DNA of 64,000 nucleotides from Bradymonadia bacterium (GTDB lineage: Bacteria; Myxococcota_A; Bradymonadia; UBA7976; UBA1532), in contig JBKAGE010000070.1 of assembly GCA_046290225.1 (NCBI GenBank), positions 250,631 through 314,630 on the forward strand, given 5' to 3'. The first letter of the stretch is position 1. Each line of letters starts with the position of its first letter. The notes beneath the pieces are model-generated. The model worked only from the letters and a program-made list of their open reading frames with translations, was not told where the DNA came from and made no database searches. Both the position numbers and the translations under genes were made by a program. Below, one piece after another: positions 1 to 8,588 of this stretch.

Positions 1-2037
1 GGCCACGAGATTCACCACCAGCCCCACAGCGATAGAGAGGAGCGCCATCATGGCGCCAAAGGCCAGCGCGCGACGCTTGCTGTGCATCGAGGCCAGCACC
101 CCGAAGGTGGTGAGGTTGGTGGCCGGGCCCGTGAGCAGAAATGCGATGGCCGCACCAGGAGACAGCCCCTTGTGCAGCAACACCGCCACCATGGGGGTCG
201 CCCCCGAGGCACACACATACCCAGGCAACCCCACGAGGGTCAGGAGCAATACATCAACCCCCCAGGGCAGGCTCGACAGCCAACTCGCCGACATGAGGGG
301 CTCCATGAGGGCCGCGACGCCGAGGCCCACCACCACCCAGGGCAGTGTGTGATCGACGAGATCACCCAGGCCATATCGCAAGCCTTCCACGAGGCGCGTC
401 GACAGGGGCTCGGTGCGCACCTCCACGGTCTCGATGTCTGCAGGGCGCTGCACTTCGAAGAACCGCCCGAGCACCAACGCCACCACCAACGCCACGATGG
501 CGGCGGCGACGAGACGGGCGATGGCCAGCTCCTCGCCGAGCAAGGTCAGAGACAACAAGAACGCGTCGATGCCCAGCTCGGGGGTTGCCACCAGAAACGC
601 CAGCGCCGCCGTGGCCGAAACACCACCGCGTATGAGGGTCTGGTACAGCGGCAACACACCACACGAACAGATCGGCAGAGGCAGTCCGAAGAGCATGCCC
701 TTCGAGGCGCGGCTGAACGCCGCGCCGCCACTGAGCCAGCCCGCCTGCCCAGCATTGAAGAAGGCATGCATCAGCCCTGCGGCGAGAAAGGCCAGCAGCA
801 GCACCGGCGCGCTCTCCAGAGCCAGAGTGTAGAAGGTCTCTCCTGCGCCGAGCTCTTCAGAAGCCTCGTGCATGTGGGGGTGTATATCGGTGAGCAAGTA
901 CACCGTCACCAGGCCCACCATGGCGCCAAAGGCCGACGCCGCCTTCACGAGCGGCGAGAGCGCCTCATGATGGTGATGATGCCCATGGTCGTGGTGGGCA
1001 TGATCGTGATGCTCGTGGTGATGGCCATGCTTGTGGTCATCGTGGTGATGCGCATCGTGATGATGCCCATGGCCGTGGTGGTCGTGCCCTTCACCCTCAT
1101 CGTGTGCATGGTCATGATGGTCATGATATTCGTGGCCATGGTCGTGGTGTTCGTGACCATGCTCGTGGTGTTCGTGACCATGCTCGTGATGTGCGTGACC
1201 ATGCTCGTGATGTGCGTGACCATGGCCGTGATGGTGATGATGATCGTGACCGCACCCTTCGACACCACACCCGCTGTTCGACAGACCTGGGATCTCCGGA
1301 TGGTTGTGATTGTGCACATCTCCCTCAGGCACCGATGACGGGGGATGATGAAACACCACGTGGAGCAGTGAGCCCGCCACCAGCGCCTGGAACAACGCCA
1401 GGGCGTCTACGGGGAGCATCTTCACACCTTGCTCGCCGAGCAGGAACCCCGCCACCGTGGCACCGCTGATGCCCAGCAGCACACTCACGAGCCCCTTTGT
1501 GCCCCAGGACTCGCGAATCGCCCACCAGATGGCCAGCCCCATGGGCAGCCGGTGCAGAATGACCCCGATGGCCAGCTGCAGGGCACCACCGCTGTGTGCA
1601 CCATGATGAGCGTGGTGATCGTGATGGTCATGATCGTGATGGCCATGCTCGAGGAGCCCAGGATCGGGCAGGTCGTGTCCCAAGCCGTGCAAATGCCCCT
1701 CGGCACCCACCAGCGCGGCGCCATCCATGAGGGCGTGCAATGCCAGACCTACGAGGGCCGCCGTGGCCACCGCTGGTGCCCCCCAGGTGGGGCGGCCACC
1801 ACGACGCGCGAGGCGCTCGAGCATGGTGGGCAGTGCCAGCCCCACGAGGGCGAGCACCACCGCCCCCCAGCCCACCTGCATCACCGCATGGGGCAACACA
1901 TCGAGCAGGATCAGACCCCCAAGGGCCACCAATACAAAGCCATCGAGGGCGGCGAAGACGCTGGGGCGCCGGCCGGTGAGCGCCACCATGGCGGGGCCAG
2001 CGATGAGGGCCAGCAAACTGGCGGCGAGCAGTGTCAT
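1..2037 (-). CDS. Metal transporter fusion: ZIP-like N-terminal membrane domain, His-rich linker, DUF318/ArsP-family permease (3' end runs off the window)
   Basis: Manual minus-strand translation from ATG at 2037 is open to position 1 (no stop, so absent from the ORF track). ZIP-like LHALMDG and ILHRLPMG motifs; ~95-aa His-rich tract; permease motifs GLPLPICSCGVLP, FLVATPELGID, GYVCASGATP, GAAIAFLLTGPATN. Confidence 0.85.
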   Translation of the reverse strand, partial: MTLLAASLLALIAGPAMVALTGRRPSVFAALDGFVLVALGGLILLDVLPHAVMQVGWGAVVLALVGLALPTMLERLARRGGRPTWGAPAVATAALVGLALHALMDGAALVGAEGHLHGLGHDLPDPGLLEHGHHDHDHHDHHAHHGAHSGGALQLAIGVILHRLPMGLAIWWAIRESWGTKGLVSVLLGISGATVAGFLLGEQGVKMLPVDALALFQALVAGSLLHVVFHHPPSSVPEGDVHNHNHPEIPGLSNSGCGVEGCGHDHHHHHGHGHAHHEHGHAHHEHGHEHHEHGHEHHDHGHEYHDHHDHAHDEGEGHDHHGHGHHHDAHHHDDHKHGHHHEHHDHAHHDHGHHHHHEALSPLVKAASAFGAMVGLVTVYLLTDIHPHMHEASEELGAGETFYTLALESAPVLLLAFLAAGLMHAFFNAGQAGWLSGGAAFSRASKGMLFGLPLPICSCGVLPLYQTLIRGGVSATAALAFLVATPELGIDAFLLSLTLLGEELAIARLVAAAIVALVVALVLGRFFEVQRPADIETVEVRTEPLSTRLVEGLRYGLGDLVDHTLPWVVVGLGVAALMEPLMSASWLSSLPWGVDVLLLTLVGLPGYVCASGATPMVAVLLHKGLSPGAAIAFLLTGPATNLTTFGVLASMHSKRRALAFGAMMALLSIAVGLVVNLVA
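964..1251 (-). repeat. His-rich low-complexity coding tract with 21-bp tandem units (HGH[A/E]HHE)
   Basis: Repeated ccatgctcgtg(a/g)tg units around 1140-1225; reads as poly-His/Gly/Asp/Glu in the permease frame. Confidence 0.85.
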
Positions 2038-2115
2038 GAGGTGGTTTCGAGTTCTATGGGTTTGCAGCAGCACAGGCTGCCACAGATTTCTACCATTGAC
2101 ACTGGGTCGGCGCAT

Positions 2116-2132
2116 TTGCAACAAGGTTGCAT
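2116..2132. promoter_or_regulatory. Putative Zur box between the divergent permease and OM channel genes
   Basis: TTGCAAC-AAG-GTTGCAT: perfect TGCAAC-N3-GTTGCA palindrome, matching the ATGCAAC-N3-GTTGCAT type of Zur motif, in a znuABC context. Confidence 0.7.
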
Positions 2133-2160
2133 TTTCATCGACCTGCGGTGCGTGCTTTTC

Positions 2161-3507
2161 ATGTTCTCTCTCTCACCCCCATCGGGCCTGTGCAGTGTCT
2201 TGCTTCTCTGTGCAACTCACCCAGCTGCGTGGAGCTGCCCGGCGGAGCAGATTCCAGAGCGCATCGTCTCACAAGGCCAGCCCGCGACGCCCGAGACCGC
2301 AGTGCAGACGGCGCCTGCGACGCAGGACCTCCCAGAGTTGACGCCTGAAGAGCTCAAAGCGCTTCAAGAAGCCCTGGCCATCGACGCAGCAGATCAGGCG
2401 CCGGCCTTGAACACCGCCATGCCCTCTCTGGGCAACGCCAACCCGATGACGTCGTCTTTCGCCACCGGTGCAGTGCCTCTGCAGAGCGCCAACCCCGACA
2501 TCGCCTTCATCCTCGACACCGCAGGCTCGTGGTTCAGCGACGAACCCCAACAGCTCGGGGCCCACGATCCGAACCGCACAGGGTTCACCCTGCAGCAGCT
2601 CGAGATGAGCATCGGCAGCAACGTCGACCCGTTCTTTCGTATGGATGCCAACCTCGTCTTCTCCCAGTTCGGGGTCGAGGTCGAGGAAGCCTACGGCACC
2701 ACCCTCGCTCTGCCCCACGGACTTCAGGTGAGGATGGGCCAGCTCCTCACCCGCTTCGGCCGCCTGAACAATACCCACCCGCACAGCTGGCACTTCCTCG
2801 ATCAGCCTCTCGTGAACGGGAAGTTCTTCGGGGGTGAGGGCAGTCGCGGGCTCGGCGCCGAGATCTCGTGGCTCAGCCCCCTGCCCTGGTTCGCTGAGCT
2901 GGTGTTCTCGACCACTGATGCCGCCGGAGCCTGCTGTGCCCGCAGCTTCTATGGTGGGGACGACCTCGGTGTGGAAGAGCCCATCGATTTACTGGCCACG
3001 ACGGCTCTGAAGCAGTTTTTCCCCTTCGATGAAGACTGGTCCCTCGCCTGGGGTCTCTCAGGCCAGCTCGGTCCGAACCCCACCGGAAACGGCAACCGCA
3101 GCATGATTCTGGGCACTGATTTGTATCTGCGATACCGCCCGGTGGCCTCGGCAGTTCGCAGCGCGGTCTCGTTGCAGGTCGAGAGCATGTATCGCAGTCG
3201 GCAAACGCCTGGAGACCGTCTGGAAGACTGGGGCGCCTATGCCCAGTTGGTCTGGAACATCAACCTGCGATGGGAGACAGGTGCTCGCTACGAATACGTC
3301 ACCGGCGCGCTGGACGACTTCCTCGATCCAGAGTGGACTGAAGATCGTCAGCGTATCACCGGCCAGATTACGTACTATCCCTCTCACTTTTCGCGCTTGC
3401 GACTCCAGGCCTCCGAAGATCGTCTTGAATGGCTGGACGAGCCGATTTACGCGGTCATGTTCGGTACCGAGGTGCTCATCGGCGCCCACGGCTCACACGG
3501 TTTCTAG
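2161..3507 (+). CDS. Zinc-regulated outer-membrane beta-barrel channel/receptor
   Basis: C-terminal part of ORF 1429..3507 (the upstream part is antisense to the permease). NPDI, VEVEEAY, FGRLNNTHPHSWHF and terminal IGAHGSHGF motifs typical of porins encoded beside znuA. Start approximate. Confidence 0.75.
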   Translation: MFSLSPPSGLCSVLLLCATHPAAWSCPAEQIPERIVSQGQPATPETAVQTAPATQDLPELTPEELKALQEALAIDAADQAPALNTAMPSLGNANPMTSSFATGAVPLQSANPDIAFILDTAGSWFSDEPQQLGAHDPNRTGFTLQQLEMSIGSNVDPFFRMDANLVFSQFGVEVEEAYGTTLALPHGLQVRMGQLLTRFGRLNNTHPHSWHFLDQPLVNGKFFGGEGSRGLGAEISWLSPLPWFAELVFSTTDAAGACCARSFYGGDDLGVEEPIDLLATTALKQFFPFDEDWSLAWGLSGQLGPNPTGNGNRSMILGTDLYLRYRPVASAVRSAVSLQVESMYRSRQTPGDRLEDWGAYAQLVWNINLRWETGARYEYVTGALDDFLDPEWTEDRQRITGQITYYPSHFSRLRLQASEDRLEWLDEPIYAVMFGTEVLIGAHGSHGF

Positions 3508-3513
3508 AGCAGA

Positions 3514-4434
3514 ATGAGGCACCTCATGTTGAAACGCAGCACCTCCGTCGCACTGATGCTCGTACTCCTGGGCACCAGCGGCGCCCTGGCGAAGCTCAAA
3601 GTGGTGGCCACGATGCCCGACATCGGCGCTGTGGCTCAGGCCGTCGGTGGCGATCTCGTAGAGATCACCACCCTGGCAGCGCCGAACCAGGATCCACACT
3701 ATGTCGATCCCAGGCCGAGCTTGATGTTGCCGTTGAGCCGGGCTGATTTGCTCATCATCAACGGCATGGAGCTTGAGAAGGCCTGGCTCGATCCGCTCAT
3801 CACCGCGAGCCGCAACTCTGAACTACAGCCTGGCTCACAGGGCCTGCTCGACGCGTCGATCTTCGTGAAGCGCATGCAGGTGCCCACGGTGGCCCTCGAT
3901 CGCGCCATGGGCGACATCCACGCCGCGGGCAACCCGCACTACTCATATGATCCGAGGCAGATGCGGCAGGTGGCCCTGGGCATCGGCGAGCGCCTGAGCC
4001 GTCTCGATCCGGCCAACGCCGCTCAATACGCCGCTCGGGGCAACGCCTATGTCAAAGAGCTCGACGCGATCATCACCGCCGAGAGAGAGCGCTTCAGCAA
4101 GCTGCCTCCAGAGAAGCGCCGGGTGGTGAGTTATCACCAGAGCCTCATCTACCTGACGGACTGGCTCGGCATCCAAGAGATCATCAATGTCGAGCCTCGC
4201 CCGGGGATCCCCCCGACCCCGAGCCACACGGCCAAGGTGCTTCAAACCATGAAAGGGGCAAAGCTCGAGGTGATCTTGCAAGAGGAGTTCTACCCTCGAA
4301 AGGTCAGCGACACGCTCGCCCGCCTGGTGAAGGGCCGCGTGGTGCTCCTGCCGGGTGGGGTGACCAAGGGCGAGTCGTACATCGACCGGATTCGTCGCAC
4401 GGCGGAGGTGATCTATGTGGCGCTCTCGAAGTAA
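3514..4434 (+). CDS. znuA: Zn/Mn ABC transporter substrate-binding protein
   Basis: Signal peptide, KVVAT, QDPHY, NGMELE, GNPHY, YHQSL (cluster A-I solute-binding protein). Confidence 0.9.
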   Translation: MRHLMLKRSTSVALMLVLLGTSGALAKLKVVATMPDIGAVAQAVGGDLVEITTLAAPNQDPHYVDPRPSLMLPLSRADLLIINGMELEKAWLDPLITASRNSELQPGSQGLLDASIFVKRMQVPTVALDRAMGDIHAAGNPHYSYDPRQMRQVALGIGERLSRLDPANAAQYAARGNAYVKELDAIITAERERFSKLPPEKRRVVSYHQSLIYLTDWLGIQEIINVEPRPGIPPTPSHTAKVLQTMKGAKLEVILQEEFYPRKVSDTLARLVKGRVVLLPGGVTKGESYIDRIRRTAEVIYVALSK

Positions 4435-5245
4435 GTGGCTCGCCTGCGCCCTGGCTCTCACCTTCTCGGGCTGTGCTCTGGACGACGGTGAGCCGTGGGG
4501 GCAAGCCGAGGTGGAGCTCGAGGCGCGCTTTGCGCCCAGTGAGGGACGTCTCGAGAGCGGGCGCTTAAAGACCACCACCAATTACGCGGTGCAGGTCGAC
4601 GCCCTCGAAATCCGCTTCAACGCCCTCGCCATCGCCATGGGGGCTGAGGGCAGTACTGCCGGGTTCGATCCGGCAAACCCACCCCCACAGTACAGCCTGT
4701 GCCACAACGGCCACTGCCACCACGAAGATGGTCGACTGGTCGATTACGAGGACATCGCCCTGGAGCTCGCCGAGAGCGGCGGTGGAGGCCCGGTCATCAC
4801 ACAGGCCTTCGCTCAAGTCCCCGTGGCCCTCAGTGTCGAGCCCACATCGATCTCCCTGGGGGACTGCGCCTCGGATTGCCAATTGCCTCGAGGCGGGTTG
4901 GCCACAGCAACCCTCACCATCGGTCAGGTGCGTATCTCGGCGGTGATCTTCGACCGCCTCACTGAAGACGCTCAGCGCTTGCCTGATGAAGGCGTAGCCG
5001 TGGACTTCACCGTAGACGTGGTGATGAACTTCCCTGTCTCCATCTCTGGTGACGTGGGGAAGAACGAGGCAGTGCGTGTGGGCTTGTCCTCGAACTTCGA
5101 GGTGCCAGAGACCCTCTTCGACGGGATCGACTGGCAGGGCCTCCTCGATGGTGAGGGGGCAATCATCGATGAGACCGCTCTTGATGCTCAGATTCAGCGC
5201 AACCTCGAAGCAGATGGTGCATTCACGGTTCAGGTCGTGCGCTGA
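4415..5245 (+). CDS. Hypothetical lipoprotein with SLCHNGHCHH metal-binding motif
   Basis: Lipobox FSGC; overlaps the znuA stop; coding-like composition. Confidence 0.75.
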   Translation: MWRSRSKWLACALALTFSGCALDDGEPWGQAEVELEARFAPSEGRLESGRLKTTTNYAVQVDALEIRFNALAIAMGAEGSTAGFDPANPPPQYSLCHNGHCHHEDGRLVDYEDIALELAESGGGGPVITQAFAQVPVALSVEPTSISLGDCASDCQLPRGGLATATLTIGQVRISAVIFDRLTEDAQRLPDEGVAVDFTVDVVMNFPVSISGDVGKNEAVRVGLSSNFEVPETLFDGIDWQGLLDGEGAIIDETALDAQIQRNLEADGAFTVQVVR

Positions 5246-5453
5246 ACCACCTTAGAGGTCCTCACGAAACGACTCCCGTCGCCAGTGCCGCGATGCACTT
5301 CGTAAGGCGGCAGAAACCGTCCTCGACGATGCTTCGGCATCGCCTGCGGGTGTTTCTGACGCCTTGCTCGCGCCTCACGACCCTGCCTCGGTCCGCCGTT
5401 GTGTGAGGACCTCTTCTTCTTGCCATTGTGTGCTTAAAGCGACCCACCCACTG

Positions 5454-5497
5454 TTGCAACTGAGATGCATTTTCCGTAAAACGCAACAGCATTGCAT
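5454..5497. promoter_or_regulatory. Two tandem putative Zur boxes
   Basis: TTGCAAC-TGA-GATGCAT (5454-5470) and ACGCAAC-AGC-ATTGCAT (5481-5497), near-copies of the 2116 palindrome, 30-75 bp upstream of 5528. Confidence 0.6.
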
Positions 5498-5527
5498 TAA
5501 TCGTTCAACGATGGGAAGAACTGCACC

Positions 5528-6202
5528 ATGAACCTCAAGCACCTCACTCGCGTGACCCTCGCCAGCAGCATCGCGCTCTTCGCCTTCGGCTGTGACAGCG
5601 ACGATGATTCCGAAAGCTCACCGAACAACGAAGGCGCTGGCGCCGCTGGCGGTGAGATGGGCAGCGAGTCCGGAGCCCTCGAAGAGGCCTGCGGCCACGC
5701 TCAAAACGGCCCCTTCTCCGACACCACCGCCGCAGACACTGCCGAGGGCGCCCCTGACGTCGCCATCGAGCACACGCGCGTGGACATCAGCCTCGTAGAC
5801 GTCGAGGGTGGCAAGGGTGGCTTTGTCACCTTCGCCTCGGCCGAGGCTGCCGAGATCAGCTTCTTCCTCACCAACGACGTCCCCATGACCGTGGTGGACG
5901 CCAGCGCTGCGCCCCTGAGCCCGGAGAGCTCCGTGACCGAGATCGCCGCCTGCGGTGAGATCGCCGTGATGCACACCTTCGATCTCGATGTGGGCACGTA
6001 CACCTTCTTCTTCGGCCCCACCGACGCCACCACCCTCGGCTTCTTGTTCGAGGAGGCCGGCGGCCATGACCATGATCATGGCCATGACCACGAAGGTGAG
6101 GGGGAAGGCGAGGGCGAGCACGATCACGAAGGTGAAGGCGAGCACGACCATGAGGGCGAGGGCGAGGGCGAAGACGACCACGATGGTCACGATCACGAGT
6201 AG
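5528..6202 (+). CDS. Lipoprotein with C-terminal His/Asp/Glu/Gly-rich tail (possible zinc scavenger/chaperone)
   Basis: Lipobox AFGC; EEACGH motif; tail HDHDHGHDHEGEGEGEGEHDHE...; directly upstream of znuC. Confidence 0.8.
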   Translation: MNLKHLTRVTLASSIALFAFGCDSDDDSESSPNNEGAGAAGGEMGSESGALEEACGHAQNGPFSDTTAADTAEGAPDVAIEHTRVDISLVDVEGGKGGFVTFASAEAAEISFFLTNDVPMTVVDASAAPLSPESSVTEIAACGEIAVMHTFDLDVGTYTFFFGPTDATTLGFLFEEAGGHDHDHGHDHEGEGEGEGEHDHEGEGEHDHEGEGEGEDDHDGHDHE

Positions 6203-6205
6203 TCC

Positions 6206-7027
6206 ATGAACACCGCCGCCGTGCCCCTGAACACCTCCACCACACGAGAGAAGCCTCTCATCCACTGCAGTGGGTTACAGGTGGGGTATCGAGGCCGGGC
6301 GATACTGCCTTCGGTGGATCTCTCCATCGAGCAGGGGCAGATTTGGGCCTTCATCGGCCGCAATGGCGGTGGCAAAAGCACTCTCTTGCGTACCCTCCTG
6401 GGCCTTCAGCCCAAAATCGCCGGTACGCTCCAATGCCCTGCCTGTCCAGTCAGCTACGTCTCCCAACGCGGCACTTTCGATACTTCAGTGCCTGCTCGAG
6501 CCATCGACGTGGTGATGGCAGGCATGGATCGCCGCTGGAGCTTCCTCAGGCCTCGACTGGGTCGGGGTCGGAGCGCAGCCCTCCATGCCCTGGAAGAGGT
6601 CGGTCTGCCCCAGGTGGCCCGGCAGTCTTTCTCCGAGCTGAGCGAGGGGCAGAAGCAGCGGGTGCTCATGGCTCAGGCCCTCGTCTCCGAGCCTTCTCTG
6701 CTTGTGCTCGATGAGCCCACCAGCGCCATGGATGTCGAAGCCGAGCGCTCGATCTTCGAGTTGATCGCCCACCTGGTGAAGCGCCACCGCTTCGCCGTGC
6801 TCATCGCCAGCCATCAGCTGTCTTTTGTGCCCGAGTTCTCCAGCCACGTGGCCCTGCTCGACCGAGAGACCGGCGTGGCCATCACCGGGGACACCACCAC
6901 GGTGATGGCCTCCGAGATTTTCCAGTCTCGCTATGGCACCTTGATCCCTCGCAGCCCCGTCGACAATGATCCCCTCGGCCTCGCTGCCCATCACTGCGAC
7001 ACACCAGCGCCACGAAACGCTCACTGA
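6206..7027 (+). CDS. znuC: Zn/Mn ABC transporter ATP-binding protein
   Basis: Walker A GRNGGGKS, signature LSEGQKQR, Walker B LVLDEP, SH switch. Confidence 0.9.
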   Translation: MNTAAVPLNTSTTREKPLIHCSGLQVGYRGRAILPSVDLSIEQGQIWAFIGRNGGGKSTLLRTLLGLQPKIAGTLQCPACPVSYVSQRGTFDTSVPARAIDVVMAGMDRRWSFLRPRLGRGRSAALHALEEVGLPQVARQSFSELSEGQKQRVLMAQALVSEPSLLVLDEPTSAMDVEAERSIFELIAHLVKRHRFAVLIASHQLSFVPEFSSHVALLDRETGVAITGDTTTVMASEIFQSRYGTLIPRSPVDNDPLGLAAHHCDTPAPRNAH

Positions 7028-7048
7028 TCGCCAACGCGATCTGACCCC

Positions 7049-7978
7049 ATGCACGACGAACTCCTCACCCTCAGCTCGTTCTTCGAAGCCTGGCCTCTGT
7101 TCAGAGAGTCGGCTCTCTCCGGCGCCCTTGCTGGCGCCCTGTTGGGTGTGCTCGGGGTCTATGTCGTGCTCAGGCGCCTCGTGTTCCTCACCGCAGCAGT
7201 GGGGCAGGCCGCCGGCCTGGGCGTGACGCTGTCGTTCTACTTGCAGGGGGTCTTTGGCCTCACGGGCGTGCTGGCTTCCCCGACCATCGGGGCCGCGGTG
7301 CTCACCTTGCTCGCCGTGGTGTTGGTGCTCAGAGCTGGCGCTGACGGTCACTCTACAGGCCGGAACTCCACCCGACAGGACAGCATGCTGGGGGTGATCT
7401 GGCTCGTAGGCTCTGCAGGCACGTTGTCTCTGGGCACCCGCATCGTGCAGGAGATGCACGATGTGCAGACGCTGCTCTTTGGCACCGCCGTAGCGGTCGT
7501 GCCCGAAGACTACACGTTGCTGCTCTGGCTCACCGCGACATTGCTGCTCGTACACCTCGTGGGCTGGCGTGGCTTCTCGGCGGTCTCGTTCGATCCGCAG
7601 GGGGCCCGCATCCGCGGCTTGCCGGTTCGGGCCTTGGAGTGGGTGCTCTTCATCTCTTTGGCACTGGCGGTGTCGACGTGTACGGGCATCCTCGGTGCGC
7701 TGCCCACCTTCGCCTTCAGCGTGCTGCCGGCCCTGGGGGCCCTGGCCCTGATGTCGATGGCAGGTGTGGGCAATGTGCAGCGGGCCCTGGTCATCGCCGG
7801 TGTACTCGGCGCCGGCTGCGGCTTTGGCGGGTATGTGCTGGCCTACCTCTACGAGCTGCCCGTAGGCGCGTCGCAGACGCTTCTTGGCGGCGTAGTGGTG
7901 GTAAGCCTCTGGTTGCTCGGCTTGGGGGTGCAGCTGGGACGCCGCTGGTGGGGTCGCTCTCGGGCATCAGTGGCCTGA
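7049..7978 (+). CDS. znuB: Zn/Mn ABC transporter permease
   Basis: LGVYVVLRR, LFG, SFDPQGA, ELPVGA; multiple transmembrane helices (ABC-3 family). Confidence 0.9.
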   Translation: MHDELLTLSSFFEAWPLFRESALSGALAGALLGVLGVYVVLRRLVFLTAAVGQAAGLGVTLSFYLQGVFGLTGVLASPTIGAAVLTLLAVVLVLRAGADGHSTGRNSTRQDSMLGVIWLVGSAGTLSLGTRIVQEMHDVQTLLFGTAVAVVPEDYTLLLWLTATLLLVHLVGWRGFSAVSFDPQGARIRGLPVRALEWVLFISLALAVSTCTGILGALPTFAFSVLPALGALALMSMAGVGNVQRALVIAGVLGAGCGFGGYVLAYLYELPVGASQTLLGGVVVVSLWLLGLGVQLGRRWWGRSRASVA

Positions 7979-8016
7979 GCACCAGCCGCCTGAGTACTTC
8001 AAGAGAGTGGCGGCCC

Positions 8017-8583
8017 CTACTGAATCTGAACGCCGCCGTTCTTCTGCAGCGCCTCGAGCTTCTCGCGCACCACCTTGTTCGACTCCCACTTCAGCGCCTC
8101 GTTGATGGCCGCTTGCCCCTTCGCCCCCGGCACATCGGCGAGGGCCGTCGCCGCGGTGATGCGAATCTGCGGATCAGGATCCCGCAGCGCTGCCGCCAAA
8201 GGCGTCACTGACCGCTCAGCGAAGCTCTGAGCCAGATAACGCATCACGCGGTGACGCTGGCCCTCGGCCTGCTCTTTGGCGATGGCCGCCAAGTACAGGT
8301 CGAAGACCTCGTCGTCCGGCCAGTAGCCCAATGCCTCATAGGCGGCGTAGCGCTGAAAGTCGGGGACCGAAGCATCTTTGACCACCTGCTTCAAGATCGC
8401 CGGCGCCTCGGGGCTCGCCGCTTCGAACTGCTTCTGCACAGGCAGCTGGTGTCGGGCCAGCAGCAAAGACATCACCTGACCTCTGGGGGTCGTGTCGGCC
8501 TTGGGCGACGCCGAGCACGCCAGCGGCAGAGCGAGGGCGAAGGCCAGCGCCAGGGGCGCCCCGGTACGGTTCATCATCCCCAT
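8017..8583 (-). CDS. HEAT-repeat lipoprotein
   Basis: Lipobox PLAC; LRDPDPQIRITAATALA HEAT-like repeat. Confidence 0.75.
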   Translation of the reverse strand: MGMMNRTGAPLALAFALALPLACSASPKADTTPRGQVMSLLLARHQLPVQKQFEAASPEAPAILKQVVKDASVPDFQRYAAYEALGYWPDDEVFDLYLAAIAKEQAEGQRHRVMRYLAQSFAERSVTPLAAALRDPDPQIRITAATALADVPGAKGQAAINEALKWESNKVVREKLEALQKNGGVQIQ

Positions 8584-8588
8584 CGAGC

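Noticed and set aside
82..2160. Plus-strand ORF 82..1338 and the N-terminal third of ORF 1429..3507 (Met/Val-rich)
   Set aside because: Antisense shadows of the His-rich minus-strand permease gene.
5262..5492. 76-aa minus-strand ORF inside the znu locus
   Set aside because: Overlaps the operator sites, has no recognisable motif or RBS; probably intergenic.
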